NCBI RefSeq assembly: GCF_003367075.2
Contig: NZ_CP065936.1
Span: 2,940,001 to 2,972,000 of the forward strand
Origin: Cylindrospermopsis raciborskii Cr2010
GTDB taxonomy: Bacteria > Cyanobacteriota > Cyanobacteriia > Cyanobacteriales > Nostocaceae
DNA: 32,000 bases
Direction of reading: 5' to 3'
Shown here: positions 31,084 through 32,000 of the stretch, piece after piece
Layout of the letters: every line of letters starts with the position of its first letter
Numbering within the stretch: the first letter of the stretch is position 1
Position numbers and translations under genes: made by a program
Notes under the pieces: generated by a model
The model's database searches: none
What the model was told of the DNA's origin: nothing
What the model saw: only the letters and a program-made list of their open reading frames with translations

Positions 31084-31770
31084 ATGGTTAAGTCTATACT
31101 TGTTATAGCTGCTCACCCAGATGATGAAGTATTGGGCTGTGGAGGTGCGATCGCATCTTACACTGCTCAAGGGGTGCCAGTAAACATTATATTTTTAGCT
31201 GATGGCATTTCTTCCCGCGATGCCCACAACATATCAGAGCTGGAATGTCGTCACCTAGCTGCCAAAAAAGCAGCACACTGTTTGGGAATTTCTGACATCA
31301 GTTTCAGTGATTTTCCTGATAACCAACTGGATACAGTTCCCCTATTATCAATAGTAAAACAGGTAGAACAGGCGATCGCTCGTTATAGACCGGATACAGT
31401 TTTTACCCACCATGTTGGAGATGTAAACATAGATCATCAAAAAGTACATCAAGCGGTAGTGACAGCATGTCGTCCCCAACCCCAACATCCGGTCAAAACT
31501 CTCCTATTTTTTGAAGTAGCTTCCAGCACTGAGTGGCAACCCCCCGGATCGGCGCCCAATTTTCAACCCAACTGGTTTATAGATATTTCCCATACCTTGA
31601 CCTTAAAACAGCAAGCGTTGGCTTTTTACAAGGAGGAGTTGCGTCCTTTCCCCCATTCCCGCTCTCAAGAAGCAGTTACCGCTTTAGCACGATGGCGTGG
31701 AGCAACAGTGGGAGTGAAAGCAGCAGAAGCCTTTATTCTAGGGAGACACCTGGATGAAAGTAGCCATTAG
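31084..31770 (+). CDS. PIG-L/LmbE family deacetylase
   Basis: VIAAHPDDEVLGCGG signature and HxDH further downstream. Confidence 0.8.
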   Translation: MVKSILVIAAHPDDEVLGCGGAIASYTAQGVPVNIIFLADGISSRDAHNISELECRHLAAKKAAHCLGISDISFSDFPDNQLDTVPLLSIVKQVEQAIARYRPDTVFTHHVGDVNIDHQKVHQAVVTACRPQPQHPVKTLLFFEVASSTEWQPPGSAPNFQPNWFIDISHTLTLKQQALAFYKEELRPFPHSRSQEAVTALARWRGATVGVKAAEAFILGRHLDESSH

Positions 31771-32000
31771 AGTAGACTCTTCCCATCCCATGGGGTCTGG
31801 ACACTTAGTGCGTTGTCGCACCTTAGCAGAGGAATTACGCCTTCGAGGTGCGGATGTGAGATTTATCTGTCGGGATCACCCCGGTAATTTAGTCCACCTG
31901 CTTACCCGATCTGCTTTTTCTGTTACCGTTTTACCAGCACCGCCACTGTGTGAACCAACAGCAGAATACTACACTCAGTGGTTAGGAGTCAGTTCAGAAA
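31754..32000 (+). CDS. pseG: UDP-2,4-diacetamido-2,4,6-trideoxy-beta-L-altropyranose hydrolase PseG, 3'-partial (runs off window end)
   Basis: My own translation gives MKVAIRVDSSHPMGSGHLVRCRTLAEELRLRGADVRFICRD..., the PseG N-terminal pattern (R.D.S...G.GH..RC..LA). Overlaps the preceding gene by 17 nt. Absent from the ORF track because it has no stop codon. Confidence 0.7.
   Translation, partial: MKVAIRVDSSHPMGSGHLVRCRTLAEELRLRGADVRFICRDHPGNLVHLLTRSAFSVTVLPAPPLCEPTAEYYTQWLGVSSE

Overview
The DNA looks cyanobacterial: HIP1 octamers (GCGATCGC) are frequent, and Uma2, DUF29, DUF4160/DUF2442, DUF3782 and DUF4351-tailed Rpn-like families are present. The window has two contrasting parts. (1) Region 1-20.7 kb is a heavily scrambled, almost entirely co-oriented (+ strand) accessory region. 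It is dominated by a multicopy Rpn-type PD-(D/E)XK nuclease gene ('B'). There are three complete head-to-tail units at 3.6-7.45 kb, further full copies at 11849 and 18386, a 5'-truncated copy at 8866, and several short fragments. The copies differ mainly in a 12-nt coding VNTR. A second, N-terminally unrelated nuclease-like gene ('A', 17435-18379) shares the same C-terminal DUF4351 module and sits 6 nt upstream of one B copy. Between these genes lie many gene fragments: Uma2, DUF29, DUF4160/DUF2442, legB'/legC', lhgO', an epimerase tail and a PIN domain. There are also families of structured intergenic repeats: a multi-hairpin 'H-element', a terminator-like 'DR' plus variable hairpin 'Y', and a promoter-bearing 'X' module. 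Other contents are a 129-bp tandem array, a group II intron 3' remnant, an IS1 copy, and an ABC transporter whose 3' end is replaced at a HIP1 site. (2) Region 20.7-32 kb is a pseudaminic-acid-type nonulosonic acid cluster. It contains pseB, pseC, a cytidylyltransferase, a Pse-associated methylase, an N-acetyl sugar amidotransferase, a radical SAM gene, HisH/HisF paralogs, a class III aminotransferase, a PIG-L deacetylase and pseG. The radical SAM gene is frameshifted by a 10-bp duplication. The cluster is interrupted by an IS5-family element and by a B-gene fragment fused to the aminotransferase. The most interesting hypothesis is that A and B form a toxin/antitoxin-like or defence-like nuclease system. 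It would have a swappable, variable-length C-terminal module that can be expressed from internal SD+ATG starts, and its amplification and ectopic recombination would have scrambled the locus. All homology calls rest on motif recognition by eye; no searches were run.
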